Positions 13,945-25,974 of a DNA stretch of 64,000 bases are shown here, piece by piece. Origin of the DNA: Octopus sinensis (lineage: Eukaryota); NCBI RefSeq assembly GCF_006345805.1, contig NC_043008.1:42036001-42100000 (forward strand), in the 5' to 3' direction. The translations under genes were made by a program, and so were the position numbers. How positions within the stretch are numbered: position 1 is the stretch's first letter; the number at the start of each line of letters is the position of its first letter. The notes beneath the pieces are model-generated. The model made no database searches and was not told the DNA's origin. It was given only the letters and a program-made list of their open reading frames with translations.

Positions 13945-14360
13945 ATACAGTCATTAGACTGCGCCCATGCTGGTGCACCACCCTGAAGAACTTTTAGTCT
14001 AATCAATATCCCTCACTCCCCCACCACCACCACCACCAGGACTTATTTTTAAAGACCAGGTTCTCTTTTTGCTGAACTACAAGGACGTAAATAAACCAGC
14101 ACCAGTTGTCAAGCGGTGGTGGAGGAGAAACACAGACACAAACATAAAGACACAAACACACGCGCGCACACACAGGCTCATACACACACAAGCTCATACA
14201 CATTAGTGTTTATTTGGCCAGTTTCTTTCGGCCAAATAAATACTAACAAGACTTTGGTCGGCTAAAGTACAAGACACTTTGCCAAAGTATCACACACTGG
14301 GACTGAACCTGGAACCATGTCGTTGGGAAACAAATTTCTTACATACTACAGGCCTGCGTT
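13945..14360 (-). mobile_element. SINE family A, diverged near-full copy
   Basis: Contains the tail (CAGTCATTAGACTGCG.CCATGCTGG), an internal (CA)n and the head (GGGACTGAACCTGGAACCATG), colinear with the other copies. Confidence 0.8.
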
Positions 14361-16484
14361 ATATGTTGAATTTTTTCTCGTAAAAAATGTTTGTGTGCGT
14401 GTCTTTTGTCTCCTGGGTCTATAAACAGAAAGGTGAGAGGTTTTCTTTTGTGTTTTTCACGTTTTTAGTAGCAAAACAAAGACAGTTTTTAACACAATAT
14501 TTTCTTCCTGTTTTCTTTCAATAGAAATCGCTGAGAGGCAAATAGCAAACGACCTCTCACACAAATTAAGGGGAAAAATGAAAATGAATGCAATTACATC
14601 TGGGGAAACAAGCATGGAAAAAACACAAGCAAGAAAATTTTAGTGCAAAACACCAACACATTTTACGAAAAACAAAAACTTATATTTCTACAAACAATAA
14701 CATTAATATGACAAAATTCAGGTACTTTTCTTGAAACCATCAATAATATCAATACTTACAAAAACATTTTGCTAAGCAAAAATATTTCTAAAAGTTTTAA
14801 TGTCATCAGCGAGGGCATGATGCGACCTCTTCCCTTGCCAGAGTTGCCTCTCTCTAGAGAATTTTAAATATGGACTATCTAATTGAAAGAAAAGCATGCG
14901 AACACAATATGTTCAAAAACAACTGTTTCTTCACCTCGGGCCATCACAAAAGTACGACGGAAAGGGAAAGTGACGAATTGGTGTATTCTCAAAAAGCAAA
15001 AATAGATTTTGCTTTTACCATTAAAAGAAAAGCCACAGATAACCTTTGTGATACGGAGAATGAGACATGTTATATAGGAATGGCACGTTGTGGTGTATTG
15101 TATTGTATTTACAGTTAATTTTAAAGTTATATCTATAGATACTCTATAGAGTTTAGAGCCAGAACTAAACGTTAGGTTTCGTACACGAATAAGTCTGTGT
15201 CAACTTTTACTTTCGAATACGAACCATCGTGACTTTCAGTGCTGGGTTCTAAAGTCTATATAATATCCGTAGAGATAACTTGAAAGTGATCGAATCACAC
15301 AAAAGCATGGACACAGCATTGAATTATAAACCTTTAAAATACTTGATTGCATATTATGGTTGCCAAATGAAATACGGCATCGCTACTAGCAAGTGATATG
15401 TATTTACTGTGTTTAATGGTGAGAGAGAAGTGAGGAGACATGACAGACGTCTGTATAAAGGCTGGTCCTTCTGTATACAAGAAAACGAAGCAGAAGAATT
15501 GAGGTGAAAGACATTGAAAACAACGTTAACCGTTGTTAGGTTCGTAGCACATATTGATAATGTGTTCAGCCCTTGCGTGTCCGTCAGACGGATGCGATCG
15601 AGGACGTCCTTGTATGAAGATTACATCCTAACTACCCACTAATATCATAAACATAATTCCATAATTGTGTATACAGCAGTTACCAGGAGAAAGGCTTTAT
15701 GAGTAATAGTGTCGGGTGGCAAACGCGACAATTAAACGTGTGACTCTAAAGCTGATTGAAGAACTTTATTCTCCGAGGAGCTAGAAATGAAGTTAAATAC
15801 TTAATGCAGAGGGAATGAACAGGACCCATAGTGATAGTGAAAGCAGAAACCAGGGGTTACCAATCCAATCCGATGATTAATAGTTTAAGGTACGAAGATG
15901 TTTGGAAAATTCGCCTGTTCTTTATCCCAGAAAGCTAATAATGATGGAGGCCCTTTCCTGGTGGGCCATTCCGATCGTTTGCAAGATGGAAAAGAAATCG
16001 GGGATGGAAAAGACGCAAGACATTTGAGGGAAGTAAAGGAAAATTTTTTAAAATAAGAGAAGTGTGTACCGAAGCAGAAAGTTTATAGGATAGAGGAAGA
16101 GCTCCAACTGAGACGCTCAAATTCAAAACGGTTTCGAAAAATGCTACGGAATGTTCAGTTGATGTATTCGCAATATGAAAACGATAAAGTATGTTGATGA
16201 ATGGCGAGTTAGATGTACGAATAACAGAATATTTTTAAGAATATACTTTTTACTAAAGACGGCCTTGGATTCTATCTGTGTATATATATAAAAAAGACTG
16301 TTCTCTAGAGGATGTAAGCCCTTCAAGATTCGGCAAACAAAAAAACTAAATAAGTAAATGAATGAATAATTAGTTGCGGATGCATTTGATAGCATGAAGT
16401 TCATGTCCAAGAATTGGAAGCCAGTTGGAAGAGTTGGCGTCTTTCATTCCACTGGGATACTTTGATAAATTGGCATATTTGTTC

Positions 16485-16540
16485 TATATATACATGTATA
16501 TATATACATATATATATATATAATATATATATATATATAT

Positions 16541-16579
<39 letters not shown>

Positions 16580-16692
16580 CATTTATATGTCTGTGTGTCT
16601 CTTTATTCTGTATTTTATATCCACTTTTTAATAGTTCCATATAAATATTGTTAAAACGTTTTACTGCCGGGACACATATATACATTATATAT

Positions 16693-16756
<64 letters not shown>

Positions 16757-16959
16757 TCTGCACTGCTTCCTGTAAATCATTTTAGAACACGGTTTATCGA
16801 ATGTACGGATGGCTGAAATGGCAATAATAACTTTTTTATTCACGTTGTTACTGTTGTACTTCATATTATTATTATTATTACCAGTAGTAGTAGTAGTAGC
16901 AGTAGCAGCAGCTGCGGCAATGTTAGTGGTGGTGATGGTGGTGGTGGTGGTGGTGATGG

Positions 16960-16990
<31 letters not shown>

Positions 16991-17035
16991 GGTGGCCTTG
17001 TTGCTACTGCTGATGCTGGTGGTGCCGGTGTATAC
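16485..17035. repeat. (TA)n array at 16485-16755 and (GTA/GTG/GTT)n array at ~16860-17035
   Basis: Directly visible. Confidence 0.93.
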
Positions 17036-18977
17036 TGGTAAAAGGAAACGCTGGGAAATAGAAGTGGATAATCAAATGGCGAAGCAGTGACAGAGGAGGA
17101 AGGAGAAGGAATTAAGATCGATATCCTAAGCTTAATAAAGATTATATTTCCTTAAAGTCCTTGATAACTCTGCGTGTGTTGAGAGACCTAATTTGTGGCA
17201 GAGACCTACATAGGGCAAACAGTAAACTCCATCAGTTCAATAATTTTGTGTTGTCCCTACGCTTGGGTTAACTTCGTTTTCCTTCTCAAGAAGAATCGAT
17301 AAAATATAGACAAGTAATAGCATATTACTTTTAAATCAATCAATTACAGTTTTATCGTTCTAATTAGTTTAGCGTTAACCAGAAGAAACCAAATCTATAT
17401 CTCTTCCATGTAGAATACAAGATAAGTTAGTGCCAAGTCGAGGCTATGATGCTGTTTCATTCCTCAGTCGAATTCTTTTTCGCCTCATTCAAGCCTCTGA
17501 TAATTTCAGTTAATTTAGGAAAATGATATTTCTTCTTATCTCCCCGCCCCATTGAATTGTTTACACTCAGTGTCTCATTGATAATAAATCAGTGCATGGT
17601 CTTTCTTTTTTTTTTTTCTTTGGTTTTCTTTTCACGGTTGTTGCTGCTGTTGTTATTCAGCCGCACGTCAGTCCTGTTTTAGCTGACCTGCGTCGAAATA
17701 CATTCAAATCTTTGACTTGGCCTCCCTCATATTTGTTTCGGACAGTGTAGTTCCCACCCTAGACTATATATGTCCTGTATTTTGTAAGACATTAGCGTGA
17801 CGCTAGAGGAATATTTGGTAGCTTTTTCTACACAAACAACTGACTGCGTGGGTGTTTCGTCAATGGTTCATTTGTTCTATTGTTCTATACTATAGTAGTA
17901 GTAGCAGCAGCAACAGTGGTGCTGGTGGTGGTACTGGCAAAGGTCGTGGTGGGGCTTGGGCTGGTGCTGGTGTTAGTGTGCGGGGGGACGGTGTTGGTAT
18001 GAGATGGAGGTTGTTGTTGAAATTTGTTCAAATTAGTTTACTGTACTTTTTAATCATTGACTCTATTCTAAACCAGTTTAGGTAGAACTGGTTTTTTCAA
18101 TTTTCCATTCTAAATAAGAAAACAAACAAAACATTCTTCTTCACTTCACAAAACAACAAGGATTTTGTTTTTGTCTCTCCATACAGAACGGGGAAGTTCA
18201 TTATTGTAATTTCCAGAACAAAATAAACCACATCCAATCAACAAAAGCCTTTGTCTACGACACCTGGTCTATTTACTTCTCTAATCACAAACAACCGCAA
18301 CTCGCAAAGCTTGCGGCATGTTGCACTTTATCTAATTTTATTTGGGTTAATAGAAATGTTTAACTAGATGCATAAAAAAACATACAAACATCATTTCAGT
18401 GAGTTTATACCCTTATTTAGACAGCAGCTTTAACGAGAGAAATATTCAAGACGACGCTGCTTCTTGTGTTTCATTTGGTTCTTCCTGGTTGAATCGAGTC
18501 TGTACTTTCGGATTCGAATCTGGAATCGCATCCGGTTTGGAAGAGTGCTTTGAAGACTTCATCTGACAGGCTAGGAATAAATAAGTCAATAAAGTTGCCT
18601 CTCTTAATCAGAAGTATCCATCAATGGGGGATAAAGCTTTTTGGTTTTAGAAAGGTCCACTTCTCATCTACATTGATATTGAAGCTTGAATTGACAGCAC
18701 AAAAGGGGTTGGATTTATCAATGTGAGTGTTGAAACGATACACAGATATAAAGTTCTCCAGCGGTTCGCAACCAAGAGCCGTAACATAAGATATTGAATA
18801 TTTACCTGCTGCGAGAGAGAGAGAGAAAGAGAGAGAGAGAAGGAGAGAGAGAGAAGGACAGAGAGAGAAGGAGAGAGAGAGAGAGAGAAATCTAGTTGTA
18901 ATTAAAAATTCAAGGATACAGCAAGATTCTGGTCTTACGTGAACCACTCAATTCCATTGTCCTTATTTCACCTTTTA

Positions 18978-19145
18978 ACTCTTGCTATTTACAGTCGTTA
19001 AACTGCGGCCACGCTGGGGCATGGCCCAGGAGGATTCTAATCAAACGAATCGAGTCCAGAAAATATTTTTTTTTTTTTATAGCCAAGTACTTATTCTATC
19101 GTTCTCTTTTGCCGAACCGCTTATTGTAGGAACACCGGCTGGCAA
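18978..19145 (-). mobile_element. SINE family A, 3' half, followed by an expanded (CA)n
   Basis: CAGTCGTTAAACTGCGGCCACGCTGG...AAGTACTTATTCTATCG.TCTCTTTTGCCGAACCGCT matches the family A tail and centre. Confidence 0.75.
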
Positions 19146-19496
19146 ATGCAGATACAGACGCACACACAAACACACACACAAACACAAACAGACACACAAA
19201 CACACGCACACACACACACACAAACACACGCACGCGCACACACACAAACACATACACGCACACACACGCACGAACATACATACATATGTGTGTGTACGAG
19301 TGTGTGTGTGTATCTGTGTATGTGTGTGTGTGTATTTATACTTCCATATTGGCTAATTCTAATGAGCGTAAGGTTTGTTACTTAACAGTCCATTGTATTC
19401 TTTACTGGAAACCAATTGGTAAGAGTGGCTGTGATGGATATTTAATACTATACACTTCGGATAATATCTCTCTCCCCCCCTCTCTCTCTCTATATA

Positions 19497-19542
<46 letters not shown>

Positions 19543-19543
<1 letters not shown>

Positions 19544-20574
19544 CATCTGACCCCTAACCCCTGACTGTGTTATCTCTTTAGATTCTCTTTAATTCATAGC
19601 TGATTTCAACAGCAATAAATTAGCTGTTTTACTGGCCAAAGAATAATATTCTCCTCTAGTTCCTAGATGCCTGTAATTAAAACCAGACTTGCCGTCTACT
19701 AATTCTTCTGTATAACTAGAACCCTCTTTTTTTTTTTTTTTTTTTTTTTTCTTTTTTCCCTTCTTTCCCTATTTCTTTCTCTTTTCTCTTTTTTCTTTTT
19801 CTTCTTCTTATTCTCTTTTTCCTTTTCTCTTCTCTTTTAGTCCCCTTCCCCCCTTTTTTGCTCCCTCCTCCTTTATTTTCTCTCTTTTCTTCTATTCCCT
19901 TCCCTTTTCTATTCTTTGCCTCTCTAGAAAGCCCTCAGCCTTTAAAAGTTAAATAGCTACAGCCTCTTGTAAATAGCAGTATGTGATTAAATGTGGCAAA
20001 TACCTAATCATATAACAAGAATTGATACCTACCTCATTATGTTCAACCATTGATAAATTTATCGCCTGTGAATATGAATTCCTCTTCATTTCTCTGGAAA
20101 TTTACATCTACACCATTGGAAATTGTGCATCTATACAAAGGATTAATTCACCCTCTCTGTAATGCTAATAAGCAGGAATTGAGACCCACCTCGTTGTGAT
20201 TAACAATGGATAAATTTGTCTTCTGTGAGTATGTAATCCCTCATCATATCTCTGGAAATTCATATGTGCTCTATGGATTAGGTCACCTTCTCTGTGATGC
20301 TATTAAAACTTTTTTAAAATTCTGTGATAAGACTGTACATCATCTTTAAAGAACTTTAATGAACTTTGGAAATCTGTTTATGTTACTTAATTATCTACAT
20401 TACTTCATGAGTATAGCCTCAACCACTAGGATGTCTAGAGAACTCACATGTATTTTAGCTGATGAGTACGGGACACGTTTATATGCTGTAATTTTTACAA
20501 CTTTTAATAAAGCCTGTCCTTGTATGAAACGATTGTACTAAAAACCTATCCATTCTTGTTGCTTCTTTCTGGCG
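19543..20574 (+). mobile_element. ~1 kb non-coding element between two (TA)n arrays; Penelope-like / retrozyme-like
   Basis: Bounded by (TA)n at 19493-19542 and 20575-20597. It contains a long pyrimidine tract, an internal diverged duplication and a hammerhead motif near its 3' end. No RT or GIY-YIG ORF is present. Confidence 0.55.
20453..20543 (+). ncRNA. Type I hammerhead ribozyme motif
   Basis: Stem I TTTTAG (20453-58) pairs with CTAAAA (20538-43). CUGAUGA is at 20459-65, a long stem II (GTACGGGAC...GTCCTTGTAT) spans 20466-20525, GAAA is at 20526-29, and the minimal stem III is AC-GATT-GT. The cleavage triplet is GUA at 20535-37. Confidence 0.8.
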
Positions 20575-23500
20575 TATATATATATATATATATATATAAT
20601 AAGTAAAAGAGTAGGGATTTTAAATTCGGGCAGATACCTTACGAACAATCTGATAAAATGTAGCTTTTTCTCATCACCATATCGAATGATAGGAAACATT
20701 TTGAATCATTTAGAAAAGACACTTAAACTCTCTGCTTCCTTCGAGTTGTAAATCCCGTCTTTGCTCGAAGGATTTCATGTAGAACACAGAACATACTATG
20801 GAGACATAATAAGGAATGATGGAGGATTATACAGCTTTTACTATTCATTTATTGAAATTTATTCGTATGAAGGAAATGCTTTTTAGTAAATGAATTTTTA
20901 AGGTGTATAACTGTTTAGGTTTACTCCTTACCCATGGCATTCCATCAGATAGTAGATATGTAAATGTTGAGAATGGACATCAGGCCTATCAACTCCTTGA
21001 GTCTGAGAGAACGAATGAAGGTTCATGGTTCCAACCACGTCTCCTCTACAACCCCAGTGTCAGCGTCTTTACTTTCATCGTTTAGTTTTTTTTTTCTTTT
21101 CTAAACCTAACTTCGAAAGGCCTATTTCTGATATTTATTCGGCTTCGATGTATCAAGTACCAATAATATTCCGATTGATTCATTCGGTTTATGCAGCCAC
21201 CTCCCTTACACGTGGTGTTTTTGTGTCTAAGAAAGAGATCAATATTTGGTATATCCGTAAGAAATGTTTTACAGTTGTATATCTTTTGTCATGTTACCAA
21301 GCCTGTCTGTTTGGTGTCTTTTATTGATCCGTATCTTTCTTTGGAGCTATGTCTTCCGTTTGGCCTGTTTCACTACAAGAATTTATAAAATAACAAAAAC
21401 TACTTTTCGAAATACAGAAAATCAATACATTAGACAGTAATTTTGTTGAATATTCTCTATTATAAGTTTATTATTTTTGTTTGTTTGTGAGTTTGTTTTT
21501 GTTTTCTTTTTCTGCAGAGAATGATGTTGATATAATCTTAATATTGCATTATAGTGGCCAGTATAATACATAATGTTGAGGCAAGCAATACACAACTTTA
21601 TATCAAACACCCGCTATCTCAGTTTCGAATCTAGTTCGAACTCATTTCACCTAACGATTTCGTTGCAACTGACTCTCAGCAACGTCTAGATTAAACAAAC
21701 TAAAGAAGAGCTGAAGAACAGAACATATTTATAACGTTAGCACTTATTACCTCCATAGGCGTAAACCACCATTCTAACCATTAAATATATGTCCATATAA
21801 TCTTGAAGGACTCTAGAACTGGCATTGTTGTTTAATTGTAGGTTGGTTCAAATTGACCATTGCTCAGTGTTGCTCCAGCTGCGACTTGTCTATTTTTAAC
21901 CAGGACTACCTGAACTGATATTTAAAAAAAATAAAGATAAGGATTATTTTAAGAATATTAGGTTGATATTTCTAGCAGGTCGAGCGACCGCTTAGAGAAA
22001 GATTTTAGAGGAAGATAATGGCAAAGTGAGGCAAGCAGAACGAAGGATAGACTATAAGGAATCAAAACTAGCCAAACGTTAAGAAGCATTCTCGCAGACG
22101 TTACAGTAATATTTGTTAATAAAATGACACAGGAAGCTAAATATGAACTTAACCGTATTTCAAATAGTTTATCGGATATTTTCTATTATATACTTCAAGC
22201 CTGTAATATTCCTGTAATTTTACCAGCTCCTAAAGTATAAGAGAAACTAACTTGAATTGGTACTTGTCTAAATCGAGGAATTTCTTTTGATCGGGATTTT
22301 AGGATCGCAGTTAAATCTGAATAACTTTTCTATCGAGAATATATTGTAATATAATTGTGTCTATATAGTTATATAATACTTCACAATAATAGTTGAGATT
22401 GATTAACGTTCTAACGTTTATGAGATTCGCAAAGTAAGTCACAAATCGAAGTGAAACATTTTCCAAACTGGAATCAAAATCTAGTAATAAACGCTTTATT
22501 TCTGAGGAATTACCGTTGTACTATAGTGACGGGCATTTTCTTTTATAAATTAAATCATTTACATTCACAGAAGATTACGGTAGGATACGAGAAGGGAATT
22601 TGAATTTGTGGTCGTCACATTATTATTAGAGTAACTGTTGAAAAGAAGTAGCGGCAGCCATGTTGGAAAATTAAAGAGCTTAGGTTATATTTTATCTTAC
22701 TCCACTTTGTTTATTATAAATAGCATGAAATCATCTTTCGATTTCAGTGATATTAATTCCACCACGATCATCTAGATCATCTACCACAGAGTTAAATGCT
22801 CTCGAGAGGTATCTTGGATTTTCTTCTCTCCACCACGCTTTTATAAAACAAAATTAAAAATAAATTCCTGAAACCAATAAAGTGTAGTTAACGTGAAAAT
22901 TAAATAAAAGAGGCATTAGTGTATTATTATTAATCCATTATTGTTGATATCCGACTGTAGTTATTCCTCGTTCTTCGGTTTAATAAACAAAACAAAAGAC
23001 GAACTAATTAAATTACATTTGCAAACTGACGTAAGAACATTAAAAGATCCAACTTGGCAAAGATGAACAAGTTGGCGGATAATCTTGCAGAGAAATAAAG
23101 TAAAAACATACTTGCAGTCTTCTGGTTTGATTCTTGCAGGATTTAGCCAACCATAAAATATTGAATATCAAGGTTAAGTCAAGGTTTTAGTGAAGGAAGG
23201 TGTGAGTCTTCTTGTTAGCAGATTATTTTCGGTTCGTTCTGAAATTAATATGCATGAAACATTCCAATGCTGTTCTTTGCACATCGGCTTGAAAGTGAAA
23301 CTGTTGAATTTCTCGCTCTGACAGATATAGATTCTTTGTATTTCGAGTCTTTTACGTATTATTAATTAGATTTTCGTAATACGGCAGCCAAATGTTAGCA
23401 AGGCCAACTGATTATTGCATAATTTTTCAATTCTCTTAGGGTGTGAAATTGCTTTGAGTTGTAACAGTTATAAACATGCGCAACACAAGACGCAAACTCG

Positions 23501-23979
23501 CATAAACCGCTATACATGAAACACATACAGACACGTACATAAATATTCGCACACAAACATGCATATATACCCGTTCGTTCATTATATGCACGCTTATACA
23601 CAAGAAGATTGATCTGCAAAAACCATACAATAACATGAATTGATGATAGATCGAAGCCTAGAGGCTGCTATAAAACTGTATTTACGTCCGGTTTTCTTGT
23701 TTCACATCATTCTACTAACACAGACCTGTTTCTTGTGTTAGATTTAGTTATTCATTCCCATAACATTTCATTTATTCAATTCGGAGATACATTAACAAAA
23801 TATTCATACAATTCCAGTTCAATTAACATTGCGCTTCCATGTTATTCACGGTTTCTTCCCTTGTCCCTCCCTTCCTCTCTTCCCCTCCCTTCTACTCTCT
23901 TTCTATCATTCTATAACTACCTACCTATCTTAATATATTTATGCATGTCTACCCATATATCTTTCTTTGTGTCTTTCTA

Positions 23980-24475
<496 letters not shown>

Positions 24476-25346
24476 TCTATAGTGATATAATCTATAACTT
24501 TCATCCTTTTGTTACCATTTGTAGTGTTTATGAAACATTGGACATATTTTCGAAGCTCCTTCATGTCGAGGCTCACATCTGCCCGAAAATGCCTGAAATT
24601 CTTAGTTCTTCGAACCACGGTAAATTGATGTGTCGATTAAACAACGTAAAGGAAGATAAAACGAATTCTGTAATGATTGAAGAGGAGATAAAGTTTAAAC
24701 ATACGGAACACCAACAAACTTATTGACTATTTGTAAAATCCAACAACCAGCCACATCTCATATCTCGATTTCCATTGCGCATCCACACACACGCACCCCC
24801 TACACACATATATAAATATGACGGTCTTCGGATATTTGTGGTTTTAATCACTTTTTACAAGTATTTGAAAAACTTTTTATTATGTATCATATAGATGTAA
24901 TTTTTGAAGCTGAATCCAAATTTCTTATTCATTTATTTCAGAAAGAAATTGAGCAAAAATATTACAGGTGTTGAAACTTTCATAATTTTCAGAATTTTCT
25001 GCCAATCAGAAACCAGTGCTTTCACTGCCTCTTCCATCATCGGTGGGCACGATATCGACATATCAAAACATTGTTCCGCAATGGTCGAATTCACTTGGGT
25101 AACAGTTGAGCTTCGAACATAAAAGGCTGCAACAAATATTGTAGGTATTTTGTGTGACGTCATATCGATCCTGTAAATCCACTTCCGGCCTAGAAAATGA
25201 GAGAGAAGACTGTTGACAATAGGGTGGAAGTAAGAAGACATATTCGAGAAACAAGGGGATAATCTCTCTCCCCCCTTCATCCATTATGCTTCAATAATCT
25301 TCAATAAAATGAGTGTATTTTCAAGTTAAGGAACAATGAATGCCAC

Positions 25347-25452
<106 letters not shown>

Positions 25453-25974
25453 TTATTATTTACTTATATTATATTTATCATTCTTTTTATACTTTTGGCT
25501 AAAAAAATAAAATTAAAATTAAAATTAAAATTAAAATATATTTTGTTTTAAATTTAAATTTTATATTATATATATATATATATTATATATATATATATAT
25601 TATATATTATATTAATTATATTTATATTATGTTATTTATGTATTGGTTTATGTCTATCAGTGTTTGAGTTGCCTAATAGTGGTTTTATCTCTAATTCATA
25701 TTATATATATATATATATACATATATGTATATATATATAGTTAGCTACCTATCTACCTATCTATCTTTCTCTGTATTATCTGTGTATACAGACGCACATG
25801 CGCTCGACCGCGTGCGCAGAAGCATCCGATGACACACATACACACACGCATATATACACAGAATACACAGAGAAAAAGAGTAATAGATAAACATATATAC
25901 AGACAAACAGACAGACATACAGACAGACAGACAGAGAGGTAGACACAGTGACAAACAGACATAATGATAGACAA

